Source of the DNA: Longimicrobiales bacterium
GTDB taxonomy: Bacteria > Gemmatimonadota > Gemmatimonadetes > Longimicrobiales > Gaopeijiaceae
Direction: 5' to 3'
DNA length: 64,000 bases
Assembly (NCBI GenBank): GCA_041690395.1
Contig: JAWLHJ010000006.1
Span: 166,530-230,529 of the forward strand
Made by a program: the position numbers and the translations under genes. The notes beneath the pieces were generated by a model, which saw only the letters and a list, made by a program, of their open reading frames with translations, was not told where the DNA came from and ran no database searches. This document shows positions 28,954 through 40,505 of the stretch, piece after piece. Position 1 is the stretch's first letter. Each line of letters opens with the position of its first letter.

Positions 28954-30498
28954 CTAGACCGGCTGTCTTTCCGAAGTCCTGGTGGCGACCGGGGGAAAGC
29001 GCACGTGGAAGGTCGTTCCATGACCCGGCTCGCTTTCCACGTGGATCGTGCCACCGCTCTGCTTGACGATCCCATAGGACGTGGCGAGCCCGAGCCCGGT
29101 CCCGCCGCGCTCACGGCGTGTGGTGAAGAACGGCTCGAAGATCCGGAGTCGGGTGTCTTCGTCCATGCCGATTCCGGTGTCGGCAAAGGTGATCGCCACA
29201 TGGCGGCCGGGCGTGAGCCCGGGCCACCTGGATGCCGTACGGAGATCGACGTGCTCCATGAAGCTCCGTACGGTCACGACGCCTCCGTTCGGCATGGCGT
29301 CCCGCGCGTTGGCCGCGAGGTTCAGCACGACCTGCTCGAGCTGGGTGGGATCGACGCGAACCCGTGGCAAGTCGTCCTCGAGCTCCATGACGAGCTGGAC
29401 GTCGTCGCGCAGAAGCCGGCCCAGGAGGCGCTCGAGCCGACCGAGGGAGTCGGAGACGTCCACCAGTAAGGGCTTCAGGAGCTGCTCCCGGCTGAACGCG
29501 AGCAGCTGTTTGGTGAGCTCCGCACCTCGCACCGCGGCGTTGCGGATCAGCTCCACCTCCTCGGCCCACTCGCTCTCTTCCGGCAGATCGAGGAGAAGCA
29601 GGTCCGACTGACCGACGATCACGGTGAGCAGGTTGTTGAAGTCGTGCGCGATGCCACCGGCGAGGCGTCCGACCGCCTCCATCTTCTGCGCCTGCCGGAG
29701 CTGCTCCTGGAGATTCCTGCGATGGGTGATGTCACCGGCGACCCCGAGCACATGATGGGCGGCGCCTGTCTCGTCACGAACGGGGAACGCCCGGTCCCAG
29801 ATCCAACGCACGCTGCCGTCGGGCGTCACGATGCGGTACTCCTCGTCGTATCCCCCCTCCCCCTGACGCAGAACCGCCTCACTCACACGATCGACGTCGT
29901 CCGGGTGGATCGAGTCGAGCCAGACGCTCCGGTCGTCGAGGAGCTCTCGCGCGTCGCGGCCCCACACTCGCTCGAAGGCCGGACTGACGTACTCGATCGT
30001 GCGCCCGTCCGGCGCCATCACCCAGAAGACGTCCTGAACGTGCTCGGCGATCTCCCGAAACCGCTCCTCGCTCTCGCGGAGCCTCCGCTCGGCGCGCGCC
30101 TGCTCCGAGACGTCGCGCACCACGCTCACCGCGCCTCCCGCGAGTCCCGCCTCCAGGTCCAACAGCGTGACGGTCTGCTGGGCCTCGAACACCGTCCCGT
30201 CACGACGTCGCATCGGGACGCTCGCACGGTAGGTGCCGCCCTGGACGAGAACCTCCTGACTCCCCGCCCCGAAGTTCTCGAAGCGATCTCGCGAGACATG
30301 AAGGACCGCCGTCGACCGGCCGACGAGCTCTTCGCGACTCCACCCGAAGATGGTCTCGGCGGCCCGATTCGCCTCCACCACCGTCCGGTGGTCATCACCC
30401 TTGATGATGAGCACCGCCTCGGAGAGGTTCGCGAAGGTCCTCTCGAGAAGCCGAAGCGTATCCGCCAGGCGGCCGCTCGGAGCGCCTTGCTCGTTCAT
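28954..30498 (-). CDS. Cytoplasmic PAS-PAS sensor histidine kinase
   Basis: Two PAS/PAC domains, AHDFNNLL H-box, NARDAM, DTGIGM, FEPFFTT, GTGLGL; no TM segments or receiver domain. Confidence 0.92.
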   Translation of the reverse strand: MNEQGAPSGRLADTLRLLERTFANLSEAVLIIKGDDHRTVVEANRAAETIFGWSREELVGRSTAVLHVSRDRFENFGAGSQEVLVQGGTYRASVPMRRRDGTVFEAQQTVTLLDLEAGLAGGAVSVVRDVSEQARAERRLRESEERFREIAEHVQDVFWVMAPDGRTIEYVSPAFERVWGRDARELLDDRSVWLDSIHPDDVDRVSEAVLRQGEGGYDEEYRIVTPDGSVRWIWDRAFPVRDETGAAHHVLGVAGDITHRRNLQEQLRQAQKMEAVGRLAGGIAHDFNNLLTVIVGQSDLLLLDLPEESEWAEEVELIRNAAVRGAELTKQLLAFSREQLLKPLLVDVSDSLGRLERLLGRLLRDDVQLVMELEDDLPRVRVDPTQLEQVVLNLAANARDAMPNGGVVTVRSFMEHVDLRTASRWPGLTPGRHVAITFADTGIGMDEDTRLRIFEPFFTTRRERGGTGLGLATSYGIVKQSGGTIHVESEPGHGTTFHVRFPPVATRTSERQPV

Positions 30499-30618
30499 GT
30501 CTCCACCGGGGTGGACTCGTTCACTCTCACCCCATGCGGGAGCGGGTCTCGGAAGCAGGTGACGCAACATGGGCCGCATCGGAAGGGAGGGGCAACAATT
30601 GCGCACCGACCTTCGGCC

Positions 30619-31107
30619 TCATTCTGCTGCTCCCGGGCCGAAGACGACGTTCCTCGCGTGCTCGTAGATCAGCGACGTCTCCACGTGCGCGACCTCCGGC
30701 CGCGAGGTGAACGCATCGAGGATGAGCTCACGCAGGGCGTCGGAATCCCGGACCGCGACGTGCACGAGAAAGTCGTTCGCGCCGGCTACGTGAAAGACCG
30801 AAACCGCCTGATCGAGCGTGAGCATGCTCTTCCGGAAAGCTTCGAACGCCTTGCGCGTGTGTCGCGCCAGGCGAACGGCCACGAGTGCCTGCAGGTCGAC
30901 CCCGACGGCCCAGAGCTCGAGCTCGGCGTGGAATCCCCGAATGACACCGGAGGCGACGAGCCTCCGCACCCGCTCCAGGCACGTCGATTCGGCCACACCC
31001 ACCCGTTTCGCCAGATCCTTGTTGGTGATCCTCGCATTCTGCTGCAAGGCTGCCAGAATCTCGTGGTCGATTCGGTCGAGATCGGCTACATCGGTCTTGG
31101 AGCGCAT
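30619..31107 (-). CDS. Lrp/AsnC family transcriptional regulator
   Basis: LDRIDHEILAALQQNARITNKDLA...RVRRL...GVI, followed by an AsnC ligand-binding domain. Confidence 0.93.
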   Translation of the reverse strand: MRSKTDVADLDRIDHEILAALQQNARITNKDLAKRVGVAESTCLERVRRLVASGVIRGFHAELELWAVGVDLQALVAVRLARHTRKAFEAFRKSMLTLDQAVSVFHVAGANDFLVHVAVRDSDALRELILDAFTSRPEVAHVETSLIYEHARNVVFGPGAAE

Positions 31108-31118
31108 GATCTTCGGAT

Positions 31119-31139
31119 GATGTGACTATAAGTGACATC
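31119..31139. promoter_or_regulatory. Near-palindromic operator between the Lrp regulator and the lyase
   Basis: GATGTGACT-ATA-AGTGACATC (one mismatch) in an AT-rich divergent region. Confidence 0.45.
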
Positions 31140-31191
31140 GCATTCTAGAATAATAGGGTGTCATCGATTCATATGCGACCAAGGAAGAGCC

Positions 31192-32391
31192 ATGGACGCC
31201 AGAGACCTCCATACCCTAGCGGTGCACGCCGGAAGAGAAGACTTCGTGGAGTTGGGTGTCCACGCCGCGCCGCTCGACCTGTCGTCGACCTATCCCGTCC
31301 CGGACCCGGATGCCGCCACGGTCGGCCTCGACCTGATGGTCGCCGGAGGCCGGCCGGTCGGTAATTCCGTATACGCTCGCCTCCACAATCCCACGGTGGC
31401 GCGCTTCGAGGACGCCCTCGCCGAGCTGGAGGGAACCGAAGCCGCGGTCGCGTACGCGTCCGGAATGGCCGCGATGACCGCCGCCCTGTTCGTCGCGGCG
31501 CAGGAGGGAAGACACGTCGTCGCCGTGCGTCCGCTCTACGGCAGCACCGATCATCTGCTCGCGTGCAAGCTTCTGGGCCTGGACGTCACGTTCGCCTCGG
31601 CTGACGGGGTGGCCGAGGCGGTGCGGCCGGACACGTCTCTGGTCGTCCTGGAAACGCCAGCGAATCCCACTTTGGACCTCGCCGACATCCGGGCCGTGTC
31701 CGAGGCCGCCGGCGACGTGCCACTCCTGGTGGACTCGACGTTCGCCACGCCCGTCCTCCAGCGTCCGCTCGAGCACGGTGCGACGCTCGTGCTGCACAGT
31801 GCGACCAAATTCCTGGGAGGACACGGCGACGTGATCGCCGGGGTTATCGCCACGGACGAGGCGACAGCGCGCAAGCTGCGTCAGATCCGCGTGCTCACGG
31901 GGGCGCTTCTGCACCCGCTGGCGGCATTCCTGCTTCTCCGTGGCCTTCCCACCCTTCCGCTACGCGTCGAACGGGCGCAGTCCACGGCCTCCGATCTCGC
32001 ACGGCGGCTCTCCGAGCACCCGCTGGTCACGCGCGTCCTCTACCCGGGGCTCGCCGGAGCGGACCCGGAAGGCATCGTCGGGCGCCAGATGAGCGGCCCC
32101 GGGAGCATCCTGTCCTTCGAGCTACCGACCGGTGAAGCGGCCAAGGCGCTCATGCGTGGCCTTTCGTTGATCACGCCCGCGGTGAGCCTCGGTTCGACCG
32201 ACTCGCTCATCCAGCACCCCGCCGGCCTGACGCACCGTGTGGTCTCCCCGGCCGCCCGGGCATCGATGGGCATTGCCGACGGTCTGCTACGGCTGTCGGT
32301 GGGCCTGGAATCCGCGGATGCCCTGTGGACGGACCTGTTGGTAGGGCTGGCCCTGGCCGAACCCGCGACGTCGCTCACGGTGACGGTCTGA
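31192..32391 (+). CDS. Cys/Met metabolism PLP enzyme (methionine gamma-lyase / cystathionine gamma-synthase family)
   Basis: [52 protein letters not shown]. Confidence 0.92.
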   Translation: MDARDLHTLAVHAGREDFVELGVHAAPLDLSSTYPVPDPDAATVGLDLMVAGGRPVGNSVYARLHNPTVARFEDALAELEGTEAAVAYASGMAAMTAALFVAAQEGRHVVAVRPLYGSTDHLLACKLLGLDVTFASADGVAEAVRPDTSLVVLETPANPTLDLADIRAVSEAAGDVPLLVDSTFATPVLQRPLEHGATLVLHSATKFLGGHGDVIAGVIATDEATARKLRQIRVLTGALLHPLAAFLLLRGLPTLPLRVERAQSTASDLARRLSEHPLVTRVLYPGLAGADPEGIVGRQMSGPGSILSFELPTGEAAKALMRGLSLITPAVSLGSTDSLIQHPAGLTHRVVSPAARASMGIADGLLRLSVGLESADALWTDLLVGLALAEPATSLTVTV

Positions 32392-32394
32392 GAT

Positions 32395-32433
32395 GATTCG
32401 GGGCCCCCTCGCTGAGCGAGGGGGCCCCGAATC
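32395..32433. terminator. Hairpin between convergent genes (probable bidirectional terminator)
   Basis: Perfect 18-bp stem GATTCGGGGCCCCCTCGC / GCGAGGGGGCCCCGAATC with a 3-nt loop. Confidence 0.75.
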
Positions 32434-32475
32434 GTCGGCGTCCGGCGGCCCGCGCGGTAATGCGTGGGCCCCTCC

Positions 32476-34449
<1,974 letters not shown>

Positions 34450-34758
34450 CTACTCCGTCCCCGCCAACGCGAAGACGACTCGTTCGAAGGGAGCGTCCTC
34501 GACGCGCTCGTTCACGCGCTCGAGGAAGTCCCGCTTCATCATGTTCAACTCCATCAACCAGGCGCTGCTACGCACCTCGACGAAGAGCGTCGTGTCTTCC
34601 ACGCCCTTCGCCCGCGTGACCTTCGCGAGCTCGTCGCCCACGATGTCCGGCCACAGCTCCAACACCTCCATGCGGCGCACCTGATCCCGAACGCCGTGCC
34701 GTTCCAGCACGCCGCTCAGGAGCCCGCCGATCCTGGCCGGCCCGCCGCCCCTCTTCAC
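34450..34758 (-). CDS. dciA: DUF721/DciA family protein
   Basis: WPDIVG...LFVEVRSSAWLMEL; classic position between recF and gyrB; GTGA overlap with the recF stop. Confidence 0.8.
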   Translation of the reverse strand: MKRGGGPARIGGLLSGVLERHGVRDQVRRMEVLELWPDIVGDELAKVTRAKGVEDTTLFVEVRSSAWLMELNMMKRDFLERVNERVEDAPFERVVFALAGTE

Positions 34759-35879
34759 GTCTCGATCTTCCCGGCGTGGATCCGCCACTGCGGAAGCACG
34801 TCCTTACGCACCCGCACGTCCGATGGCTTGGGCGCCGTGAGGAGCACCTGCCCGACATCCGCCGAATCCATCAGGGTGAGCACTCGCTCGCTCCGTCCGG
34901 CGTCGAGCTCGGCGAACACGTCGTCGAGCAGCATGAGCGGCTCGGTGCCACGCCGCCGCCGGATCGTCCGTGCCTCGACCAGCCGCAACGCCAGAGCCGC
35001 CGTCCGTCGTTGACCGCCGGACCCGTACGCTCGGAGGTCCAGACCGTTCCCTTCTCCTGCGAGCTTGAGCCGGACTTCGTCCCGGTGCGGGCCGACGACC
35101 GTGACCGCGGTCCGCCGCTCCCGCTCGGCGGAGTCCTCGAGCGCCACGCGGAACGCCTCCTCGATTTCGGGGACGGTTTCCGCGCCGTCGAGGGTCACGC
35201 TGGACCGATACGCCATCTCGGCTCCCCCCTCGTCGGAGATGGTGTCGTAGCAGTCGGAGAATGCCTCACGACTCTCCCGAATCCACGCCATGCGGGCCTC
35301 GATCACGAGCGCGCCGCTCCTGACCAGGCCGCCGTTCCACGCGGTGACCGCCGCACGCGGCTGATTCGTCTTGAGAGACGCGTTCCTGCGAGACAGGACC
35401 TGACGGTACTCCTGCAACGCCTCGAGGTACCCGGGCTCGTTCAGCGAGAGCACGATGTCGAGGAAGCGTCGACGCTCGGAGGGGCCGCCGCTCACCAACT
35501 CGATGTCGGCAGGGGAAAAGATCACGGCCGCCAGGCGGCCGATCGCGTCACCGAGCCGGTCCGGCTCGTTGCCGTCGACGGTGACCTTCTTCCGCTTTCC
35601 GTCGCGCGCGAACGCCGCCGTGATCTCGCTGATCGCATCACCCTCGTCTCCGGACTCGACCGTGCCGCCGACCCGGAAGACCGGCTCGTCGAACGAGACG
35701 AGCTGATCGTCGCGGGCCCCGCGAAAGGACCTGAACGTCTCGAGATAGTAGATCGCCTCGAGGAAGCTGGACTTCCCCTGGGCGTTGTCGCCGACGAGGG
35801 CCGCTCCCTCCCGAGGGATCATCAGCTCCTGCCGTCCCAGGTTCCGGAACCCGCGCAGGGCGAGGCCCGTCAAGCGCAC
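34755..35879 (-). CDS. recF: DNA replication/repair protein RecF
   Basis: FRNL, GDNAQGKS, GPSERRRFLD, GPHRD, SGGQRR, LLDDVFAELD. Confidence 0.96.
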   Translation of the reverse strand: MRLTGLALRGFRNLGRQELMIPREGAALVGDNAQGKSSFLEAIYYLETFRSFRGARDDQLVSFDEPVFRVGGTVESGDEGDAISEITAAFARDGKRKKVTVDGNEPDRLGDAIGRLAAVIFSPADIELVSGGPSERRRFLDIVLSLNEPGYLEALQEYRQVLSRRNASLKTNQPRAAVTAWNGGLVRSGALVIEARMAWIRESREAFSDCYDTISDEGGAEMAYRSSVTLDGAETVPEIEEAFRVALEDSAERERRTAVTVVGPHRDEVRLKLAGEGNGLDLRAYGSGGQRRTAALALRLVEARTIRRRRGTEPLMLLDDVFAELDAGRSERVLTLMDSADVGQVLLTAPKPSDVRVRKDVLPQWRIHAGKIET

Positions 35880-36044
35880 GCGGGTCGGCTGGGAAGGTTC
35901 CTTCGAGGCATGGAGAAAGTTAACCGCGAGCACCCGGCCCGACCACCCCCGCCGCCGGTGCTGAAGCCGTTGCGCCGCAATGCTTTCAGGCCCCGGGCGA
36001 GGGGACCGGCAGGTATGTCGGGAACCGGTCTGCCTCGGGCCGCG

Positions 36045-36830
36045 TTACCGACCCTTGAACTCCGGCTTGCGCTTCTCCAGGAAGGCGTTCATGCCCTCCT
36101 TCATGTCCTCTGTGGAGGCGAGAAGGCCGAACAGCGACGATTCGTAGTCGAGGGCTTCGGCCGTGGCCGTGTCCAACGCCCGGTAGATCGACTCGAGGGC
36201 CATGCGCACGGCGACCGGACCGTTCTTCGTGACCTTCCGGAGCAGCTTGTGCGCCTCGTCCATGAGCTCCGCGCGCGGCACGACGGCCGACACGACGCCC
36301 AGATCGCGCGCCCGCTCCGCGTCGAACATCTCGCCTGTGAGCGTCAGCTCGATGGCTCGGCCGAGTCCGGTCAGCCTCGCGAGTCGGATCGTGCCGCCGT
36401 AGCCCGGAATGATGCCCAGCCCGACCTCGGGAAGCCCGAACTTCGCATTGTCCGAAGCGATCCGCATGTGGCACGCCAACGCGAGCTCGAAGCCGCCGCC
36501 CAGTGAGAAGCCACCCACGGCCGCGAGCACCGGCTTTGGAAAGCGCTCGATGGCCCGGAACACGTCCTGGCCGTCCCGACTCACGCGGACCCCGGACACC
36601 GAGTCCATCTTGGCGAGCTCACCGATGTCCGCACCCGCAACGAACGCCTTCTCGCCGCCGCCGGTGAGGATGACCCCCCGGACCGAGTCGTCGTCTCGAA
36701 GGCTTGCGAAGGCTTCTCCGATTTCCGCCACGACGTCCGCGTTGAGCGCGTTCATCTTTTCCTGGCGGTCGACGACCACGGTTGCGATCTCCGTGTCGCG
36801 CTCGACTCTCACGTGGGCCCAATCGGTCAT
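36045..36830 (-). CDS. Enoyl-CoA hydratase (crotonase)
   Basis: KAFVAGADI, GGGFELALAC, FGLPEVGLGIIPGYGGT; ATG 36830 lies 9 nt after GGAGG. Confidence 0.92.
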   Translation of the reverse strand: MTDWAHVRVERDTEIATVVVDRQEKMNALNADVVAEIGEAFASLRDDDSVRGVILTGGGEKAFVAGADIGELAKMDSVSGVRVSRDGQDVFRAIERFPKPVLAAVGGFSLGGGFELALACHMRIASDNAKFGLPEVGLGIIPGYGGTIRLARLTGLGRAIELTLTGEMFDAERARDLGVVSAVVPRAELMDEAHKLLRKVTKNGPVAVRMALESIYRALDTATAEALDYESSLFGLLASTEDMKEGMNAFLEKRKPEFKGR

Positions 36831-37004
36831 TCCGGTCATCCTCCGGGGGTGTTTACGTCGTTCGCAGCCACGCAAGATAGCGACCCACGGCGACATGGAA
36901 AAAGGCGGACCCAGGCCTTACCTTCACGCGCCGGCGGAGCCGCCCGCGATGGGCGTCGGCGCCGGTCTTCGAGTCCCGCACCACGAGCTACACGAGGAGC
37001 ACGC

Positions 37005-37448
37005 ATGAGTCGTTCGCTCAACAAGGTCATGCTGATCGGGAACGTCGGGAACGACCCCGAGATCCGTGCAACGGGCTCCGGAGCCCGGGTCGCCAAGCTC
37101 TCGCTCGCGACGAACCGGACGTGGTCGGATCGGGCCGGACAGCAGCAGGAGCGGACGGAGTGGCATCGGCTGACCTTCTTCGGCCGCGTCGTCGACATCG
37201 TCGAGCAGTGGGTGAAGAAAGGCGACCGGCTCTACGTCGAGGGGCGGATCGAGTACTCGCAGGTGGAAGGCGAGGGAGGCACGCGGTACTTCACCGACAT
37301 CGTCGTCAACGACATGGTGATGCTCGGATCCTCCGGACCTACATCCGGTGGCGGGGGGGGAGGCGGCGGATACGGCGGCGGTGGGTACGGCGGATCCGAC
37401 GACTCGGGTCCGTCGATGACCGAGCCCGACGACGACCTGCCGTTCTAG
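37005..37448 (+). CDS. ssb: Single-stranded DNA-binding protein
   Basis: LNKVMLIGN, TEWH, Gly-rich linker and C-terminal DDDLPF. Confidence 0.97.
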   Translation: MSRSLNKVMLIGNVGNDPEIRATGSGARVAKLSLATNRTWSDRAGQQQERTEWHRLTFFGRVVDIVEQWVKKGDRLYVEGRIEYSQVEGEGGTRYFTDIVVNDMVMLGSSGPTSGGGGGGGGYGGGGYGGSDDSGPSMTEPDDDLPF

Positions 37449-37478
37449 CAGGTCGCTGGAAGAGCGGAGCGCGCCGCC

Positions 37479-37886
37479 TCAGCCGTCCGTGGGCGCTTCC
37501 ATCTCGGATCGCCACAGCCCCATCAGGTACGCGTCGTAGCGCTCCGGGTTCGCGACGTAATCCTCGACCCAGACCTCGAACGGGGGAAGCGCGACACGGC
37601 GGGACAGCCAGCCGGTGGCGACCTGGACCATCTCGGCGTACCCGAGACTCCCGCCGCCCCCTTCTTCCACCTGGGCGCGGTGCGCGATCAGGTAGATCTC
37701 GTCCGGAGTAAGGTAGACGAGAAGATCCGCGATCTGGGCCGAGCAGTAGTCCAGATATTTGGCCCGCAGGAGCTCGAGAGGCTCGCTCCCGCCTCGCTCG
37801 CCTGCGTCCACTTCTGCCTCCCGCCGGACGTGAAAAAGCCCCCGGCTCACACCGGGCGCGAAGGAATGGAGCGTGTCCGCTCCCAT
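37479..37886 (-). CDS. Hypothetical protein (LPPFxVW motif)
   Basis: Natural-looking composition; shares motifs with 38516-39085; start uncertain. Confidence 0.7.
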   Translation of the reverse strand: MGADTLHSFAPGVSRGLFHVRREAEVDAGERGGSEPLELLRAKYLDYCSAQIADLLVYLTPDEIYLIAHRAQVEEGGGGSLGYAEMVQVATGWLSRRVALPPFEVWVEDYVANPERYDAYLMGLWRSEMEAPTDG

Positions 37887-37928
37887 CGCGCCTAGGTATG
37901 TACCGCGGGGCTGCTCAGCGCAAGGGGT

Positions 37929-38138
37929 TCAGCTGAGAGGTGCGGCGGCGCCCTCCGCCTGGTCTCCGAGGGTCGCGCCCTCACCGTCGCGCAGATGCCG
38001 GTAGATGGAACGTCGCGTGAGGCCGTACAACACGATCCGACTCAGAAACTCAGGGTCGCTCTCCTGGACCTCTTCGGCCTGCGCTGCGATATCGCGCGGA
38101 AGGCGAACATTAAGCTGAACGGACCGGGTTTCCCACAT
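37929..38138 (-). CDS. Small protein, possible ribbon-helix-helix DNA-binding fold
   Basis: GAGGTG RBS, MWETRSVQLNVRLPRDIAAQAEE (alternating beta strand followed by a helix). Confidence 0.6.
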   Translation of the reverse strand: MWETRSVQLNVRLPRDIAAQAEEVQESDPEFLSRIVLYGLTRRSIYRHLRDGEGATLGDQAEGAAAPLS

Positions 38139-38260
38139 CGACACACCTCACCCTGATTCTATGGGGTAAAAAAAACCTGCAATTCGAACTTTCTCGAAGT
38201 TCGGCATCTTTCCCCAGCGCCGCAGGGCACGGGGTGCCGGCCAGCCTTAACGTGCGATCA

Positions 38261-38289
38261 ACGGTAAGCGGGGCCACCGGGGGGCGCAA
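38261..38289 (-). promoter_or_regulatory. Putative sigma70 promoter
   Basis: TTGCGC-N17-TACCGT on the minus strand upstream of 37929-38138. Confidence 0.4.
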
Positions 38290-38515
38290 CCCCTGAAAAC
38301 GGGACACCGCAAGAAGCCCGAAGACACATAAGTTGTTGCAATGTCGCAACTTAGTGTTTTGGCGACAGCAGGCGAATTCACCTGTTCCTGAGTCGCTCAC
38401 GATGCTGGATCGCAACTCGCCCGCAATGCGGAAGTACAAGCGGCGCACCGGGTTCTCGACCGAGCATCGTCACCGGACAGCCATGTCTCCGTACCCTGAT
38501 TTTTACAAAAAACAC

Positions 38516-39085
38516 TCAGGCGAGACAGGACCGCAGGAAGGCCTCGAGCGAGGTGACGTCGAAGTCCATGAAGCGGTCTCGGAGGGCTTCGGCGGACGCC
38601 TCCCGGAACACGGGTGCGGTTCGATGGGAATCGTGCAGCGCGGGCCCCGTGAACGCGAGGTGCGCGCGCCATGCGCCGTCGTGCGGATAAGCGCACAACG
38701 TGACCCTCCAGCGCTCGTCGCCCCGGGTCAGCTCGCGCGCGGCCAGGGTGGCGGGATCAGCGGGCGAAGGGGCGTCGACGGCCTCGTCCCAATCCTCGAA
38801 GTGTGCCTCGGGATGGCGCGCCAGATCGGCCAACCACACATCGAAAGGGGGGAGGGGCAGCAGCGTGACGCAGTGCTCCATCAACACACTGAGGGGATCA
38901 GCACCCCCGGCGGTCGTCGCGTCCATGCGGGCGAGGGCGGCGCGGTACAGGGGACGCACGGCGTCCTTCGGCAGGATCGAAACGAGACGCCGCGCCTGGC
39001 GACGCCGGTAGGCGCGATACCAACGCCGTAGCTCCTCCTCACTAGCGCCGGTGCGGGCGCTGACCTCGAGGGCGGCGGGAGTCAC
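38516..39085 (-). CDS. Hypothetical protein (LPPFxVW domain plus a small C-terminal beta domain)
   Basis: 189-aa ORF directly downstream of 39096-39980. Confidence 0.7.
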   Translation of the reverse strand: MTPAALEVSARTGASEEELRRWYRAYRRRQARRLVSILPKDAVRPLYRAALARMDATTAGGADPLSVLMEHCVTLLPLPPFDVWLADLARHPEAHFEDWDEAVDAPSPADPATLAARELTRGDERWRVTLCAYPHDGAWRAHLAFTGPALHDSHRTAPVFREASAEALRDRFMDFDVTSLEAFLRSCLA

Positions 39086-39095
39086 GCGGCTCCGC

Positions 39096-39980
39096 TCAAT
39101 GGACGGTGGCGGTCGCGAGGGGCGATCCCGTCCCCTTGCGACCCTCCGTGGGCTGGCCGCCCTGAAGGCCCGAAAGCGTCTCGCGAGCTCCGAAGGTGTC
39201 GACGACTCCCGACACCGCTGCGAAGCGATCCGGCTCGAAGCGTGATGCGAGTCGCGCGAGTCCCCGTCGCACCAGGGCCAGTACGTCGCGAACGTCGCTC
39301 ATGGACCGCGGAAGCTCGAAGGCCACGCGATAGCGAAGGCCGGCCTCGCGCGGGGACGGGCTGACCCGCCGGAGCGGCACGCCGGGGAACGCCTCGAGCA
39401 ACGCTCCCTCGAACTCTTCGTCCGGCGTGTGGAGCGCGGTCCGGAAGACCAGGGCGCAATCGTCGTAGTCCAAAACGGCCCTCACGATCCGCCCGGCACC
39501 GAGCACGATACGGATCGAAGTGCCCTCGTGCAGATCGAAGTCCCGGCAGATGTCCCGGTACCCGATCCTGAGGAGCACGGGGCGCGTGAGTGGTCCGAAG
39601 CCGAGTCTCTCCAACACGTTGAGCGCGACCTGGAAGCCGTATCTTCGTACCTCGTGCGTGTCCTCGGTGGCGGCCGCCCGCTCGAGGAGCCGCTCGACGT
39701 GTTCGTGGGTCGGCTCGTACGCCCAGTCGAGCACGACCAACTCACGGCTCAGGTCGAGCACCTTGGAGCGCCCGCTCCCGAGATCCACGACCTCGGAGGC
39801 GGCGGCGTAGCGGCCATCGACGACCAGCGCCATGCCGATGTCTTCGATACGCCCACCGGCGAAATCCATCTCGTGGACGTCCCGGTACTGGACGATGGCG
39901 CGGGTGAGAGGCAGCGCGCAGACCCCGGGCACGTCGCCCATCGCCTCCGTCCGGCCGTAGCTACGCACAGCTGGGTCCAT
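39096..39980 (-). CDS. Hypothetical protein
   Basis: GAAGGAG RBS before ATG 39980; globular composition; family not recognised. Confidence 0.7.
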   Translation of the reverse strand: MDPAVRSYGRTEAMGDVPGVCALPLTRAIVQYRDVHEMDFAGGRIEDIGMALVVDGRYAAASEVVDLGSGRSKVLDLSRELVVLDWAYEPTHEHVERLLERAAATEDTHEVRRYGFQVALNVLERLGFGPLTRPVLLRIGYRDICRDFDLHEGTSIRIVLGAGRIVRAVLDYDDCALVFRTALHTPDEEFEGALLEAFPGVPLRRVSPSPREAGLRYRVAFELPRSMSDVRDVLALVRRGLARLASRFEPDRFAAVSGVVDTFGARETLSGLQGGQPTEGRKGTGSPLATATVH

Positions 39981-40229
39981 GATGGCTCCTTCCGGTCGCG
40001 GCGCGGACGCGGCGCTTCGATCGACTGAACAACCGGACGCCGAGGTCCGGAACGCGGGGAAAGCACGATAACCATTTGTTTCCGCGGATCGCAATGCTGC
40101 TTCCACGCGGCCGACGGGCCATCTCGGGGGCCATGCTCCGGCCCCACCGGACCGGCGTTGCTCCCCGGAGCGGATCGCTTTAACTTTCCAAGCTCATCAT
40201 CTGTTTCAACCCGTAGGAAGGTGATCCTC

Positions 40230-40427
40230 TTGGAAGTCGTCGTTCAGGACAACGAGAGCCTCGACCGCGCTCTGCGCCGGTTCAAGCGCAAGGTGCAGCG
40301 GTCCGGTCTCTATTCCGAGCTCCGCAAGCGGCGGTACTACGAGAAGCCCAGCGCCCAGCGGAAGCGGAAGCGGGAAGCTGCGATTCGTAGAGAGCGTCGA
40401 CGTCAGCGTCGCGGACGTCGACCGTAG
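40230..40427 (+). CDS. rpsU: 30S ribosomal protein bS21
   Basis: [14 protein letters not shown]...[15 protein letters not shown] start after GAAGGTG. Confidence 0.95.
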   Translation: MEVVVQDNESLDRALRRFKRKVQRSGLYSELRKRRYYEKPSAQRKRKREAAIRRERRRQRRGRRP

Positions 40428-40454
40428 CGCCGCGGCGTAAGCCGCGAACGACTG

Positions 40455-40492
40455 AAAAGGCCGGCCCCCGTCGACGGGAGCCGGCCTTTTTT
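40455..40492 (+). terminator. Rho-independent terminator (probably bidirectional)
   Basis: AAAAGGCCGGC-CCCG...CGGG-GCCGGCCTTTTTT between rpsU and the convergent AraC gene. Confidence 0.85.
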
Positions 40493-40505
40493 GCGTCCCT
40501 GCGGG

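Noticed and set aside
38221..38285. Possible c-di-GMP-I riboswitch (GGTAAGCGGGGCCACCG resembles its 3' end)
   Set aside because: The 5' GGCAAA/GAAA/GACGCAAA elements are missing and there is no downstream plus-strand gene.
38150..38515. Possible oriC near gyrB/recF/ssb
   Set aside because: No TTATCCACA-type DnaA boxes or clear unwinding element noticed.
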